From Lutispora thermophila DSM 19022 (GTDB taxonomy: Bacteria > Bacillota > Clostridia > Lutisporales > Lutisporaceae), in contig NZ_FQZS01000007.1 of assembly GCF_900142105.1 (NCBI RefSeq), positions 68,248 to 92,247 of the forward strand: 24,000 bases of DNA. Reading direction: 5' to 3'. A program made the translations under genes and the position numbers. Below are positions 15,376-24,000 of this stretch, in pieces (the stretch's first letter is position 1; every line of letters starts with the position of its first letter). The notes under the pieces were generated by a model, which did no database searches, was not told where the DNA came from, and worked only from the letters and a program-made list of their open reading frames with translations.

Positions 15376-16671
15376 CTAAAAACTATGACAAAAATTATAT
15401 AAAAGAACATCTGCATAAAACATAGAGTCTGTATGTTGTATGGTTATCGCTCCATTATATTTGCCAATGGCCTTTTTTACACTCTTTAAACCAAATCCAT
15501 GATTTTCTTTATCTCTATGAGTCGTCTTAAGATCGCTGTTTTCATAGACAAGATTTCCGTCAAAGGGATTTGAGATGCTAATATAAAGAACATTTCTATC
15601 TAGCTTGATAGAAGCTTTAATGGTTTTATCCCTTTCCAATTTTGATACCGCCTCTATAGCATTATCAAACAAATTGCCAAGAATTATGCTCAAATCAAAA
15701 GGCTGGATATCTAATTTCTCAGGCATGTTCAATTCCAAATCCACTTCTATGCCAAGCTTTTTTGCCTCATTTATCTTATAATTCAATATACTATCTACCG
15801 GCATATTGCCGGATTTGATATGATTGTTTGATTCTCCGATTAAATCAAAAATTCTATGTAAATATTCCAAAGCACCTTTATTGTCGTTTTTTTCTATTAG
15901 GACCTGTAAAACTGAGATATGATTTTTTATATCATGTCTGAGAATCTTTATATTCTCATTAGATTGATTAATAATGTCAAGTTGTTTTATATAAGCATTA
16001 TTCTGCTGGTGCAGCAATTCTTTTTCTATTTTTTCGTTATAAGATCTTATCAAAGCATCATATAAATAAAATACAAAAACATTAATAATGAATAATATTG
16101 ATATACTTATCAAAATAAAATACAATTTGTATTGAGCTTCTATAGTTATCAAAATAAAGGTGGAAAAGAGAGTTCCTACAGGTATTAAAATTATTGCAAT
16201 CCAATGCATAGGAGAAATGTTTATATCATTTTTTATCATTTTGAAATTTGATAAAGCAAGCATGATCATATATGAAATTATCTTTGTACTAATTAGTGCA
16301 GCTATTAATTCTACATTGGCATCATCGCTTAATTGATTTAAGTTCATAGATTTTAACCCATACACTGTTAAAGCTTCAACAGACAGCAATATTGCATATA
16401 TGTAAATCGTTGCAATAAGTCTTGACTTCAATGAAGCTGGATAATTAAACGTTAGCAAGAAAAATAGAATAAGATTTGAAATTAAATTAACACCTGGATT
16501 GTTAAACATAATGTAAATAATAGCTATAGATAGATAATAAAGTATATAAGATATGAATTCAAAATTTTTGCTGACTGCATCATTTTCAAAGAAAAAAGTC
16601 ATAAATTTGAAAATTATATAAGTACCAAAGATATTTGACAGAAGATAAATAATATCGTAATTATCAAGCAT
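15376..16671 (-). CDS. AgrC-like (HPK10-type) membrane sensor histidine kinase
   Basis: 431 aa. About 6 N-terminal TM helices. H-box LRHDIKNHISVL, N-box LGNLFDNAIEA, G-box HGFGLKSV. Its start overlaps the response-regulator stop by 8 nt. Confidence 0.88.
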   Translation of the reverse strand: MLDNYDIIYLLSNIFGTYIIFKFMTFFFENDAVSKNFEFISYILYYLSIAIIYIMFNNPGVNLISNLILFFLLTFNYPASLKSRLIATIYIYAILLSVEALTVYGLKSMNLNQLSDDANVELIAALISTKIISYMIMLALSNFKMIKNDINISPMHWIAIILIPVGTLFSTFILITIEAQYKLYFILISISILFIINVFVFYLYDALIRSYNEKIEKELLHQQNNAYIKQLDIINQSNENIKILRHDIKNHISVLQVLIEKNDNKGALEYLHRIFDLIGESNNHIKSGNMPVDSILNYKINEAKKLGIEVDLELNMPEKLDIQPFDLSIILGNLFDNAIEAVSKLERDKTIKASIKLDRNVLYISISNPFDGNLVYENSDLKTTHRDKENHGFGLKSVKKAIGKYNGAITIQHTDSMFYADVLLYNFCHSF

Positions 16672-17395
16672 TGTTATTAACCTCTTTCTGTCTCATCTGC
16701 AAAAGCTTGTCTCTCACAGCCTTTCTGTTATGTTGGCTAATGGGCAGTATCACATTATTGGATATCCTAACTTTATCATATTGCACTTCAACTATGTGAT
16801 CATAATTTACCAGATATGATTTATGAATGGATATGAAAGGCGCTCCTCTAATCTGCCTTTGTATTATTGACAATTTGGAATAATATTCCTCTATGGTATC
16901 TTTCATAATAATGCGGATTTTTTTACCCATACTTTCAAAATATAAAATATTATTTATCGGTATTCTATAAAAACAATGACCCTTTTGATATTCAAAAATA
17001 ATGCCATTATTACGTAAAAGTCTTAAGGCTGTCATAAATACTTTCTGGATTTTCTCATATGTAAGAGGTTTTATTAGGAAATTGAGAGGCCTTATATCGA
17101 AAAGTTCCATGGCATAGCTGTCTTTTCCTGACACATAAACTATATGGGTGATATCATTAGCTATTACTTCTCTTATGAGTTTACCAATTCTTATTCCATT
17201 CATGGTCTTTAGGTCAATATCTAAAAATATTACATCATAATACACTCCTTCATGTAATGACTGGCATAATTTTTCTCCAGAATAGAATGTCTCTACAGAT
17301 ATTTCCTCGCAAAAGGTCTGTCCTATTTCCAATAATACATTTTCCATGTAGGCACATATAGCTTTCTCATCATCACATATAGCTACATTAATCAT
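16664..17395 (-). CDS. LytTR-family response regulator (AgrA-like)
   Basis: Start trimmed to the ATG at 17395 (AAGGAGGTG RBS), giving MINVAICDDEK.... REC domain with DVIFLDIDL. C-terminal LytTR domain ILYFES...ISIHKSYLVNYDHI. Confidence 0.9.
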   Translation of the reverse strand: MINVAICDDEKAICAYMENVLLEIGQTFCEEISVETFYSGEKLCQSLHEGVYYDVIFLDIDLKTMNGIRIGKLIREVIANDITHIVYVSGKDSYAMELFDIRPLNFLIKPLTYEKIQKVFMTALRLLRNNGIIFEYQKGHCFYRIPINNILYFESMGKKIRIIMKDTIEEYYSKLSIIQRQIRGAPFISIHKSYLVNYDHIVEVQYDKVRISNNVILPISQHNRKAVRDKLLQMRQKEVNNNA

Positions 17396-17468
17396 ATAGG
17401 ACACCTCCTTTAAAAGGATATTATAGAAAACTAAACCTTTATTTAACATATTTTATTTAATTTGTATA

Positions 17469-17498
17469 ATTATAGCATAAAACCTGTCCATATCTCAA
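17469..17498 (-). promoter_or_regulatory. sigmaA promoter of the kinase/regulator operon
   Basis: Minus strand TTGAGA (17493-17498), 18-nt spacer, TATAAT (17469-17474). A single TATTTTACC half-site sits just upstream (about 17505-17515). Confidence 0.5.
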
Positions 17499-17640
17499 CT
17501 TGTATTTGGTAAAATAGGGACAAAGTAGGATGATAGTGAAATGCTTCAAGCTAGCAACTCAAATGCAACACTAACAAAAAAACAAGGAGAACATTTTCTT
17601 CATCCCTCTCTGGTTAATTGATCTTGGATAAATTAAGAAG

Positions 17641-17679
17641 GCTGATGGATAACTGACTGCTTGTCAGTTATCCATCAGC
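17641..17679 (-). terminator. hairpin terminator after the hsp20 gene
   Basis: Perfect 17-bp stem GCTGATGGATAACTGAC / GTCAGTTATCCATCAGC with a 5-nt loop. Weak T-run (CTTCTTAATTT) on the minus strand. Confidence 0.6.
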
Positions 17680-17690
17680 CCCTATTAATA

Positions 17691-18143
17691 CTATTTGATC
17701 TCTATTCTGTTTCTCTTCTTTGGAGTTGGTTCCTTTTTAGGCAGCACTATTGTTAGGACTCCGTTTTCAAACTTTGCAGTAACCTTGTCTTCGATTACAT
17801 TTTCTACATAGAAGCTTCTGCAGAAGCTGCCGCTTCTTCTTTCTCTTCTAATGTAGTTCTCCTTTTCCACATTTATTTCCTCGTTTCTTTCTACAGCAAT
17901 GGTAAGCCTGTCATTGTCAAGTTCAATGTTTATATTTTCCTTGTTTACTCCTGGCAAATCTGCTTCTACAATGTATTCCCTATCATTTTCCTTTACATCC
18001 ACTCTCATCTGAGTGTTCTCCATGAACCAAGCTGGCATAAAGGAATCATTGAAGAAATCGTCAAATAAATTATCTATGTCGAAAATATCTCTGCTTTTGT
18101 TAGCCAGTGATTTATTTCTTCTGCCATATGGAATTAGAAACAT
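17691..18143 (-). CDS. Hsp20/alpha-crystallin family small heat-shock protein
   Basis: Start trimmed to the ATG at 18143 (GGAGGTG RBS 7 nt upstream). Alpha-crystallin domain VDVKENDREYIVEADLPGVNKENINIEL...GVLTIVLPK. Confidence 0.9.
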   Translation of the reverse strand: MFLIPYGRRNKSLANKSRDIFDIDNLFDDFFNDSFMPAWFMENTQMRVDVKENDREYIVEADLPGVNKENINIELDNDRLTIAVERNEEINVEKENYIRRERRSGSFCRSFYVENVIEDKVTAKFENGVLTIVLPKKEPTPKKRNRIEIK

Positions 18144-18162
18144 ATGAAACACCTCCAACTAA

Positions 18163-18185
18163 TTTGACTTTGACTTTCTTTGACC
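18163..18185 (-). promoter_or_regulatory. CtsR operator in the hsp20 promoter/leader
   Basis: Minus strand reads GGTCAAA-GAA-AGTCAAA-GTCAAA. The first 17 nt match the CtsR consensus (A/G)GTCAAANAN(A/G)GTCAAA exactly. A TTGATA-N17-AATAAT promoter lies just upstream. Confidence 0.7.
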
Positions 18186-18334
18186 TTCAATCATATTATT
18201 GCACCATTGTGTCTTAATATCAATTAGTGATATGCTTAATATTATATAAAAATTTGTGTTTATATCTAAATATTTGAATTTATCTCTTATTTTCTCAATA
18301 TTTTTCATTAGACTTTCATTTTATTTGATAACAT

Positions 18335-18370
18335 AAAAAGAAGACCCATAAAAGTCAGGATCTTCTTTTT
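18335..18370 (-). terminator. intrinsic terminator after the thiolase gene
   Basis: Minus strand AAAAAGAAGATCC...GGGTCTTCTTTTT: an imperfect stem flanked by A and T runs. Confidence 0.6.
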
Positions 18371-18400
18371 CATCAGTTCATATTATGGTTGTCAATGCTG

Positions 18401-19579
18401 TTATCTCTTTACTATTAATGAAGTACCTTGGCCTCCGCCTATGCAAAGAGTTGCAAGACCAGTCTTAGCATCTCTCTTTACCATTTCATGAAGCAATGTT
18501 ACCAATATTCTCGTTCCGGAGCATCCGATAGGATGACCCAAAGCTATTGCTCCACCGTTTACGTTAGTTTTCTCAGGATCCAATCCAAGATCTCTTACAA
18601 CAGCTATGGATTGAGCTGCAAAAGCTTCATTAGCTTCTACCAAATCTATGTCATCAATAGTCATATTTGCTTTTTCTAGTGCCTTTCTGGAAGCTGGTAC
18701 AGGTCCATATCCCATGATTGTTGGATCAACGCCTGCTGAAGCAAAGGATACTATTGTTGCCATAGGCGTGATTCCAAGCTCTTCTGCTTTTTCTTTTGAC
18801 ATGAGCACTACTGCAGCTGCTCCGTCATTTATTCCTGAAGCATTTCCTGCTGTAACTGTTCCATCTTTCTTGAAAGCAGGTTTCAGTTTTGCCAATGCCT
18901 CTAATGTTGTACCAAAGCGAGGATGCTCATCTGTATCAACTATAACAGGATCTCCTTTTTTCTGTGGGATTTCAACGGGCACTATCTCATCCTTAAATCT
19001 TCCGCTCTTTATAGCCTTCTCTGCTTTCAACTGGCTCTCTAAGGCGAACTTATCCTGGTCTTCTCTTGTTATGTTCCATTTTTCTGCTATGTTCTCTGCG
19101 GTAATTCCCATATGATAATTGTTGAATACATCAGTAAGACCATCATATACCATGTAATCAACAACAGCTCCGTCTCCCATTCTATGACCCCATCTTGCAT
19201 TCTTCAACAGATAGGGAGCCATACTCATGTTCTCAGTACCTCCTGCTACAACCACATCAGCTTCTCCCAACATAATAGCCTGAGCACCAAGGCTTACTGT
19301 TTTCAAACCCGAGCCACATACCTTATTTATAGTCATAGATGGCACTTCAGCGGGTATTCCTGCAGCAATTGATACTTGTCTTGCTACATTCTGACCGAGA
19401 CCAGCCTGAAGCACGCTGCCGAATATGACTTCATCCACCATTTCAGGTTTAACATTAGCTCTAGCCATTGCTTCTTTTACAACTGTTGCTCCTAATTTTA
19501 TCGGAGATACATCTTTAAAACTTCCTCCAAAAGTTCCAATAGCAGTTCTTACAGCACTAACTATAACGACTTCTCTCAA
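18401..19579 (-). CDS. acetyl-CoA C-acetyltransferase (thiolase II)
   Basis: 392 aa. [20 protein letters not shown]-terminus, active-site [10 protein letters not shown]-terminal GHPIGCSG and CIGGGQG. Confidence 0.95.
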   Translation of the reverse strand: MREVVIVSAVRTAIGTFGGSFKDVSPIKLGATVVKEAMARANVKPEMVDEVIFGSVLQAGLGQNVARQVSIAAGIPAEVPSMTINKVCGSGLKTVSLGAQAIMLGEADVVVAGGTENMSMAPYLLKNARWGHRMGDGAVVDYMVYDGLTDVFNNYHMGITAENIAEKWNITREDQDKFALESQLKAEKAIKSGRFKDEIVPVEIPQKKGDPVIVDTDEHPRFGTTLEALAKLKPAFKKDGTVTAGNASGINDGAAAVVLMSKEKAEELGITPMATIVSFASAGVDPTIMGYGPVPASRKALEKANMTIDDIDLVEANEAFAAQSIAVVRDLGLDPEKTNVNGGAIALGHPIGCSGTRILVTLLHEMVKRDAKTGLATLCIGGGQGTSLIVKR

Positions 19580-19626
19580 GTTATTAGTCCCCTTTCCTAA
19601 AATGTTTTATTTTGAATTATTACTAT

Positions 19627-19642
19627 TGCAAATAACGTGCCA
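19627..19642 (-). promoter_or_regulatory. sigma54 (-24/-12) promoter of the thiolase gene
   Basis: Minus strand TGGCACGTTATTTGCA is TGGCAC-N5-TTGCA, a perfect consensus, 48-63 nt upstream of the thiolase ATG. Confidence 0.8.
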
Positions 19643-19738
19643 TATGTTCCTAATATTATGCCATATTACCTAGCCAAGTAATTTCAGTACATAGGCATCT
19701 GTAATTATATCATACATCAAATATTATGTAAACAAACT

Positions 19739-19778
19739 AACTATAAATATGTAGATAATAATCTACATATTTATAGTT
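19739..19778. promoter_or_regulatory. 40-bp perfect palindrome, candidate enhancer (UAS) for the sigma54 activator; could also terminate the activator gene
   Basis: AACTATAAATATGTAGAT-AATA-ATCTACATATTTATAGTT. The core TGTAGAT-N4-ATCTACA recurs as TGTAGAA-ATTA-TTCTACA at 19860-19877, and TTCTACA occurs again at 19843-19849. Confidence 0.55.
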
Positions 19779-19877
19779 GCTCTGCTTAATAAAACCAATG
19801 GAACATCTTTAAATATAGCAAATCTTCACATTGTATAATATTTTCTACATATTTTCTAGTGTAGAAATTATTCTACA

Positions 19878-21584
19878 TCATATGTTCTTTATATTGATTC
19901 CATATTTTTTTATTTTCTTGTAAAGACCCGTCCTATGGATCCCTAGAAGCTTTGCTGCTTCTGTCCTATTTCCGTTTGTTTTTTCCAGCGCTTCAATAAT
20001 TGCGTCAAGCTCTGTATCGATAACTCTAGTCTTCAGACAGGATTTATCAGCTTTTGAAACTCTGTCTTTAACATTGCTCTTTATATAATCCGGCAAATCC
20101 TCCAGAGTGATGAGATTACCTGAAGACATATTTGCCGCTCTCTCAAGCACATTTCGCAACTCTCTCACATTACCTGGCCAACTATGCAATTTCAAGGCTT
20201 CCACCGCCCTATCAGTAACGGTTTTATAGGTAAAACCCATATTCCTTACCAACTGACTTAATATTTCATCGCACAATACAGGTATATCATCCATTCTTTC
20301 TCTCAAAGGCGGAATGTTTATCTCCACCACGTTAAGCCTATAGAACAAGTCATTTCTAAATTTTCCTTGTTTTACTGCCGTCTTCAGGTTTTCATTGGTA
20401 CAAGCAATAATCCTAACATCTATCTTTACCTTTGTGTTTCCGCCTATTCTTTCTATTTCCCTTTCTTCCAATACCCTGAGAAGCTTTGCCTGCATACTCA
20501 TAGGCATGGAGGAAATCTCATCCATCAATACTGTCCCTCCGTTAGCAAGCTCCAACTTCCCTATTTTCCCTTCCTTTTTGGCACCGGTAAATGCTCCTCC
20601 TTCATATCCAAAAAGTTCTGATTCCAACAACTCATGGGGTATTGCTGCGCAGTTTATCTGCACAAAAGGAGCATATCTCCTGTTGCTGGCATTATGTATA
20701 GCATGGGCAAAAAACTCTTTGCCTGTACCGCTTTCTCCCTGAATTAATACAGTTGAATCCGAATTAGCAACCCTGGCAGCAAACTCTTTAAGTTCAATCA
20801 TGTCAACATTTTGAGTTATTATATTTTCAAAGGTGTACTTTGCACTATACATCTTGCTTATTTCATTCCTATACTTATTAACAGTCTTCTCCAGCATTTC
20901 CACCTTCTTGGTAATTGCTCTTAACTCCTCAATATTTCTAAAAAGCACAGTGCCTATTGCCCCTATGACTTCGCCATCTTCAATTATGGGAATTCTGTTT
21001 GCCAGCATGTCACGTCCCTGTATTCTCTGGATTTCACATAATTCTTTTTGTCCTGTCTTTACAACAACATGAAGTCTGGTGTTTTCTATAGCTTCATCAA
21101 CATGTTTTCCCAACACGTCTTCTTCCTTTATTCCTAGCAGCTTTTCGTAACACCACTTGAGTACCCTTCCTTCTTTATCAACCAGGACCATGCCTTGATA
21201 CACATTATCTACTATATCTTTCATGGCATCAAGACTTCGTATCAGTTCTTCCATCTTAGAATATCTGTCACCGTTTTTCAAATCTTTAAAAATCAGAATG
21301 TGAAAATTATATTCTTCTGAAAAGGATAACTTTCTTTTTTTAACTTTTAATTTTCTATCCCCTATTAGAATATCCTTATCTATATGGTTATCTTCCTTCA
21401 GCATTTCTTCTAGTCCATATTTCTTCAATTGAGCCATTATAATATGGGATTCATTATTTTTTATATCAAATATATGCATTAAGTGATTATTTATTGTTAT
21501 TTTATCTTCAGAATGGTATACCAGTACTCCTTCTGATAACTCATCCAATAGGCTATGCAAATTTGAAAGATAACTGTTTACCAT
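19878..21584 (-). CDS. sigma54-dependent transcriptional activator (PAS sensor + AAA+ + Fis-type HTH)
   Basis: 568 aa. Walker A GESGTGKE, sigma54-contact [20 protein letters not shown]-terminal [26 protein letters not shown]. Confidence 0.92.
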   Translation of the reverse strand: MVNSYLSNLHSLLDELSEGVLVYHSEDKITINNHLMHIFDIKNNESHIIMAQLKKYGLEEMLKEDNHIDKDILIGDRKLKVKKRKLSFSEEYNFHILIFKDLKNGDRYSKMEELIRSLDAMKDIVDNVYQGMVLVDKEGRVLKWCYEKLLGIKEEDVLGKHVDEAIENTRLHVVVKTGQKELCEIQRIQGRDMLANRIPIIEDGEVIGAIGTVLFRNIEELRAITKKVEMLEKTVNKYRNEISKMYSAKYTFENIITQNVDMIELKEFAARVANSDSTVLIQGESGTGKEFFAHAIHNASNRRYAPFVQINCAAIPHELLESELFGYEGGAFTGAKKEGKIGKLELANGGTVLMDEISSMPMSMQAKLLRVLEEREIERIGGNTKVKIDVRIIACTNENLKTAVKQGKFRNDLFYRLNVVEINIPPLRERMDDIPVLCDEILSQLVRNMGFTYKTVTDRAVEALKLHSWPGNVRELRNVLERAANMSSGNLITLEDLPDYIKSNVKDRVSKADKSCLKTRVIDTELDAIIEALEKTNGNRTEAAKLLGIHRTGLYKKIKKYGINIKNI

Positions 21585-21778
21585 TCTAAATCACCTACCG
21601 TTTATATTTGATATAACCTTAGTGTATCATGCTTAATACTATTTTAAATAACTTGGTTTCATATTTCAATGACAACCATCAGACAATCTTTTCTGCCAGT
21701 GTTGATGAGAAAAGTTTTGTCACCAAAGCTTTAGCTGTGAATAAAATGATTATATATATTTGCTTGAGGGTGATTTAG

Positions 21779-23110
21779 ATGTTCGGAAATGAATCAAATC
21801 CTTATAGAAACCTGATTGCCGGCGTCAACACAATAGTGCCTTTAAAAGGCGGAAATTTTACAACCTATATAAATTTTGACAACGCAGCCACTACCCCTCC
21901 TTTTATATCTGTAGTAAACAGAATTGTTGACTTTTCACAATGGTATTCCTCTATACACAGAGGAACTGGATACAAATCCAAACTTTCTTCGGAGATATAT
22001 GACTCTTCGAGAAAAGCTATTCTTGACTTTGTTGGAGGTACATGTGGAAAAGACTGTGTGATATATGTAAAAAATACTACTGAAGCTATTAACAAGTTGT
22101 CGAACATGTATAAAGAAATATATGGTACAGGTGTCATATTATCAACTTCTATGGAACATCATTCCAACGATCTGCCCTGGAGGTACAAATTTCATGTTGA
22201 TTATGTAAATATAGATCAAGAGGGAAGACTTGATTTGGAAGATCTAGAAAAGAAATTGCAGGCATATAGGGGAATGGTTCGTCTGGTAACCGTCACAGGT
22301 GCTTCCAATGTGACAGGGTACAAAAATCCTATTCATCAAATTGCCCGATTAGCTCATAAATATGGGGCCAAGATTCTCGTAGACGGAGCCCAATTGGTTC
22401 CTCATTGCGCTGTTGATATGAAACCTCATTCTTCACCTGAACATATAGATTATCTGGCTTTTTCGGCTCACAAGATGTATGCACCCTTTGGCATAGGAGT
22501 GCTCATAGGACCTAACTCAATCTTTGATCAATGCTCTCCCGATTATAAGGGTGGAGGTACCATTGATGTGGTAACACATGATTATATCAAATGGGCTGAA
22601 CTTCCGGACAAAGAAGAGGCTGGTACACCTAATGTGATGGGCGTTGTAGCTTTATTGGAATCCATAAACATATTAAACTCAATCAGTATGGAGTATTTGG
22701 ATAGATATGAAAGGAGCCTGGCTCAGTATACCTATGACCATTTATCAAAGATACCTGACATAGACCTATATAACTTTCATAAAAACAGCAATGACAGAGT
22801 ATCAATTGTTCCATTCAATATAAAAGGTTTACACCATAGTCAGGTTGCGGAAATCCTTTCTGAAGAAGCTGGCATAGGCGTAAGAAATGGTTGTTTCTGC
22901 GCTCAGCCTTATATACAAAAACTACTGAATGTCAGCAATGAAGAAATAGACGAAAGGAAAAAGGGCAACTTGAAAATCCGCCCCGGTTTTGTAAGATTAA
23001 GCTTTGGTCTTTACAATACAATCGAAGAAATAGATGCACTGATTGGAATACTAAAAAAGATTGTAGATAATAAAGAACACTACATGAGAGAATATCCTTT
23101 GGAATCCTAG
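21779..23110 (+). CDS. class V aminotransferase-fold PLP enzyme, cysteine desulfurase (SufS/CsdA)-like
   Basis: 443 aa. PLP-lysine context FSAHKMYAPFG, HHSNDLPW, DGAQ. Candidate catalytic Cys in VRNGCFCAQPY (compare SufS RxGHHCA). RBS GAGGGTGA. Confidence 0.8.
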   Translation: MFGNESNPYRNLIAGVNTIVPLKGGNFTTYINFDNAATTPPFISVVNRIVDFSQWYSSIHRGTGYKSKLSSEIYDSSRKAILDFVGGTCGKDCVIYVKNTTEAINKLSNMYKEIYGTGVILSTSMEHHSNDLPWRYKFHVDYVNIDQEGRLDLEDLEKKLQAYRGMVRLVTVTGASNVTGYKNPIHQIARLAHKYGAKILVDGAQLVPHCAVDMKPHSSPEHIDYLAFSAHKMYAPFGIGVLIGPNSIFDQCSPDYKGGGTIDVVTHDYIKWAELPDKEEAGTPNVMGVVALLESINILNSISMEYLDRYERSLAQYTYDHLSKIPDIDLYNFHKNSNDRVSIVPFNIKGLHHSQVAEILSEEAGIGVRNGCFCAQPYIQKLLNVSNEEIDERKKGNLKIRPGFVRLSFGLYNTIEEIDALIGILKKIVDNKEHYMREYPLES

Positions 23111-23160
23111 GACAGAATATTATCAGTGTTTTATAAAGGAAGTACAAAGGAGGTATTAAT

Positions 23161-23631
23161 TTGGCTAAAAAGCTCAATATACTTATGTTTAGCGGTGAGT
23201 ATGACAAAGCATTGGCAGCATTGATATTGGCAAACACCGCAAGGCAAATGGGTATTGATGTAACAATGTTTTTCGCATTCTGGGGGCTTTGCATTCTGAG
23301 AAATGACAGCAATATGAAAGGAAAAAGCTTTTATGAAAAGCTCTTGTCTGCTATGACCCCCAAAGGACCTGAAGATCTGCCATTATCCAAAATGAACTTC
23401 AGCGGTATAGGCAAAGCCATGATGCTTGAGATGATGGATGATAATGAAGCTCCAAAGCTCATTGACTTTTTAAACAGTGCCCGGAAAAAGGGAGTCAAAT
23501 TTTACAGTTGCAAACTTTCAATGGAGATCATGGGTATTGACAAAAATGAACTCATACCCGAAGTGGAAATTATGGATGCTCAGCAATATCTAAAGGATGC
23601 ATTGGAATCTGATATACAACTGTTTGTATGA
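23161..23631 (+). CDS. DsrE/DsrF-like family protein (putative sulfur-carrier fold)
   Basis: 156 aa. TTG start 6 nt after AAAGGAGG. N-terminus KLNILMFSGEYDKALAALILANTARQMGIDVTMFFAFWGL matches my recollection of clostridial DsrE-like proteins. Confidence 0.65.
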   Translation: MAKKLNILMFSGEYDKALAALILANTARQMGIDVTMFFAFWGLCILRNDSNMKGKSFYEKLLSAMTPKGPEDLPLSKMNFSGIGKAMMLEMMDDNEAPKLIDFLNSARKKGVKFYSCKLSMEIMGIDKNELIPEVEIMDAQQYLKDALESDIQLFV

Positions 23632-23637
23632 ATGAAT

Positions 23638-23675
23638 AGAATAAGCATATGCTAATTTGGACATATGCTTATTCT
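23638..23675 (+). terminator. hairpin after the DsrE-like gene
   Basis: 14-bp perfect stem AGAATAAGCATATG / CATATGCTTATTCT with a 10-nt loop and a poor T-tract. Confidence 0.5.
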
Positions 23676-23786
23676 ATATTGTGAGGATTGTGAGGTTTTT
23701 TTCTACGATTAAATATGATATGAGAAGAATCAAAATTTGGACCTTTCAGCATATTATAAGGATTTTCTGCATCTTTTAATTTCCTA

Positions 23787-23999
23787 TTATATTCCCAAAT
23801 AGTCAGCTATATTGGCCTTGTCCTGCTTTACTCCTTCAATAATTGGCTCTCTGCAGGACATTATTGTTGTTATTCCAGGTCCATGTCCCGCTTTTATGCA
23901 GTCACTGTGAATAACCACACCAATTGAAACCGCATTTTTTGAATAAGTCCTGCCAAAGCCGTTATCATGATCCCTTATTAGAACTATATCCCCAAACCT
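23787..23999 (-). CDS. 3' end of a minus-strand ORF entering from the window edge (hypothetical)
   Basis: Hand translation is open for 70 codons: RFGDIVLIRDHDNGFGRTYSKNAVSIGVVIHSDCIKAGHGPGITTIMSCREPIIEGVKQDKANIADYLGI*, with stop TAA at 23787-23789. Family not recognised. Confidence 0.45.
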   Translation of the reverse strand, partial: RFGDIVLIRDHDNGFGRTYSKNAVSIGVVIHSDCIKAGHGPGITTIMSCREPIIEGVKQDKANIADYLGI

Positions 24000-24000
24000 C

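Noticed and set aside
18428-21072. Plus-strand ORFs inside the thiolase and sigma54-activator genes (for example 18648-19115 and 20395-20742)
   Set aside because: They are antisense to strongly supported genes. Their translations are low-complexity (S/F/P/A-rich) and they have no RBS.
21640-21660. TTGGTTTCATATTTCA upstream of the SufS-like gene as a second sigma54 promoter for the divergent activator
   Set aside because: The GG is present, but the -12 position reads CA instead of GC at the required spacing. It does not fit TGGCAC-N5-TTGC.

Overview
Low-GC Firmicute (Clostridia-like) chromosomal window with three parts. (1) 1-6.2 kb: a translationally coupled de novo pyrimidine operon, pyrC-pyrK-pyrD-pyrF-pyrE-pyrB-pyrI (+ strand). 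It is preceded by a sigmaA promoter and a leader terminator that looks like a PyrR-type attenuator, and followed by a strong terminator. (2) About 6.2-17.5 kb, all on the minus strand and visibly more AT-rich: an accessory island that I read as a quorum-sensing-wired radical-SAM RiPP gene cluster. Three paralogous small precursor genes have conserved Cys-free leaders and cores built from tandem 4-residue [I/V/F]-C-D-x units (8, 13 and 8 Cys). With them sit a radical SAM/SPASM maturase, a 616-aa protein carrying two metallopeptidase-like domains, a membrane M50/site-2-protease-like enzyme (HELGH plus NxxPxxxxDG), and a signal-anchored ankyrin-repeat protein. The island is bracketed by an AgrC/AgrA-like HPK10 kinase plus LytTR regulator on one side and an unannotated 47-aa agrD ORF plus agrB on the other. 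Four conserved copies of a 22-bp-period direct-repeat box (LytTR type) sit upstream of precursor genes, agrD and one ORF-free stretch. One precursor locus is a frameshifted mosaic followed by an internally deleted ankyrin-gene relic, so the module was duplicated and then decayed. No transporter is present in the window. (3) 17.6-24 kb: an Hsp20 gene with a consensus CtsR operator, a thiolase gene with a perfect sigma54 -24/-12 promoter and palindromic upstream sites next to a sigma54 enhancer-binding protein, then a divergent SufS-like PLP enzyme plus DsrE-like protein pair. No tRNA, rRNA, CRISPR or transposase was seen. All family assignments rest on motifs read by eye; no database search was run.
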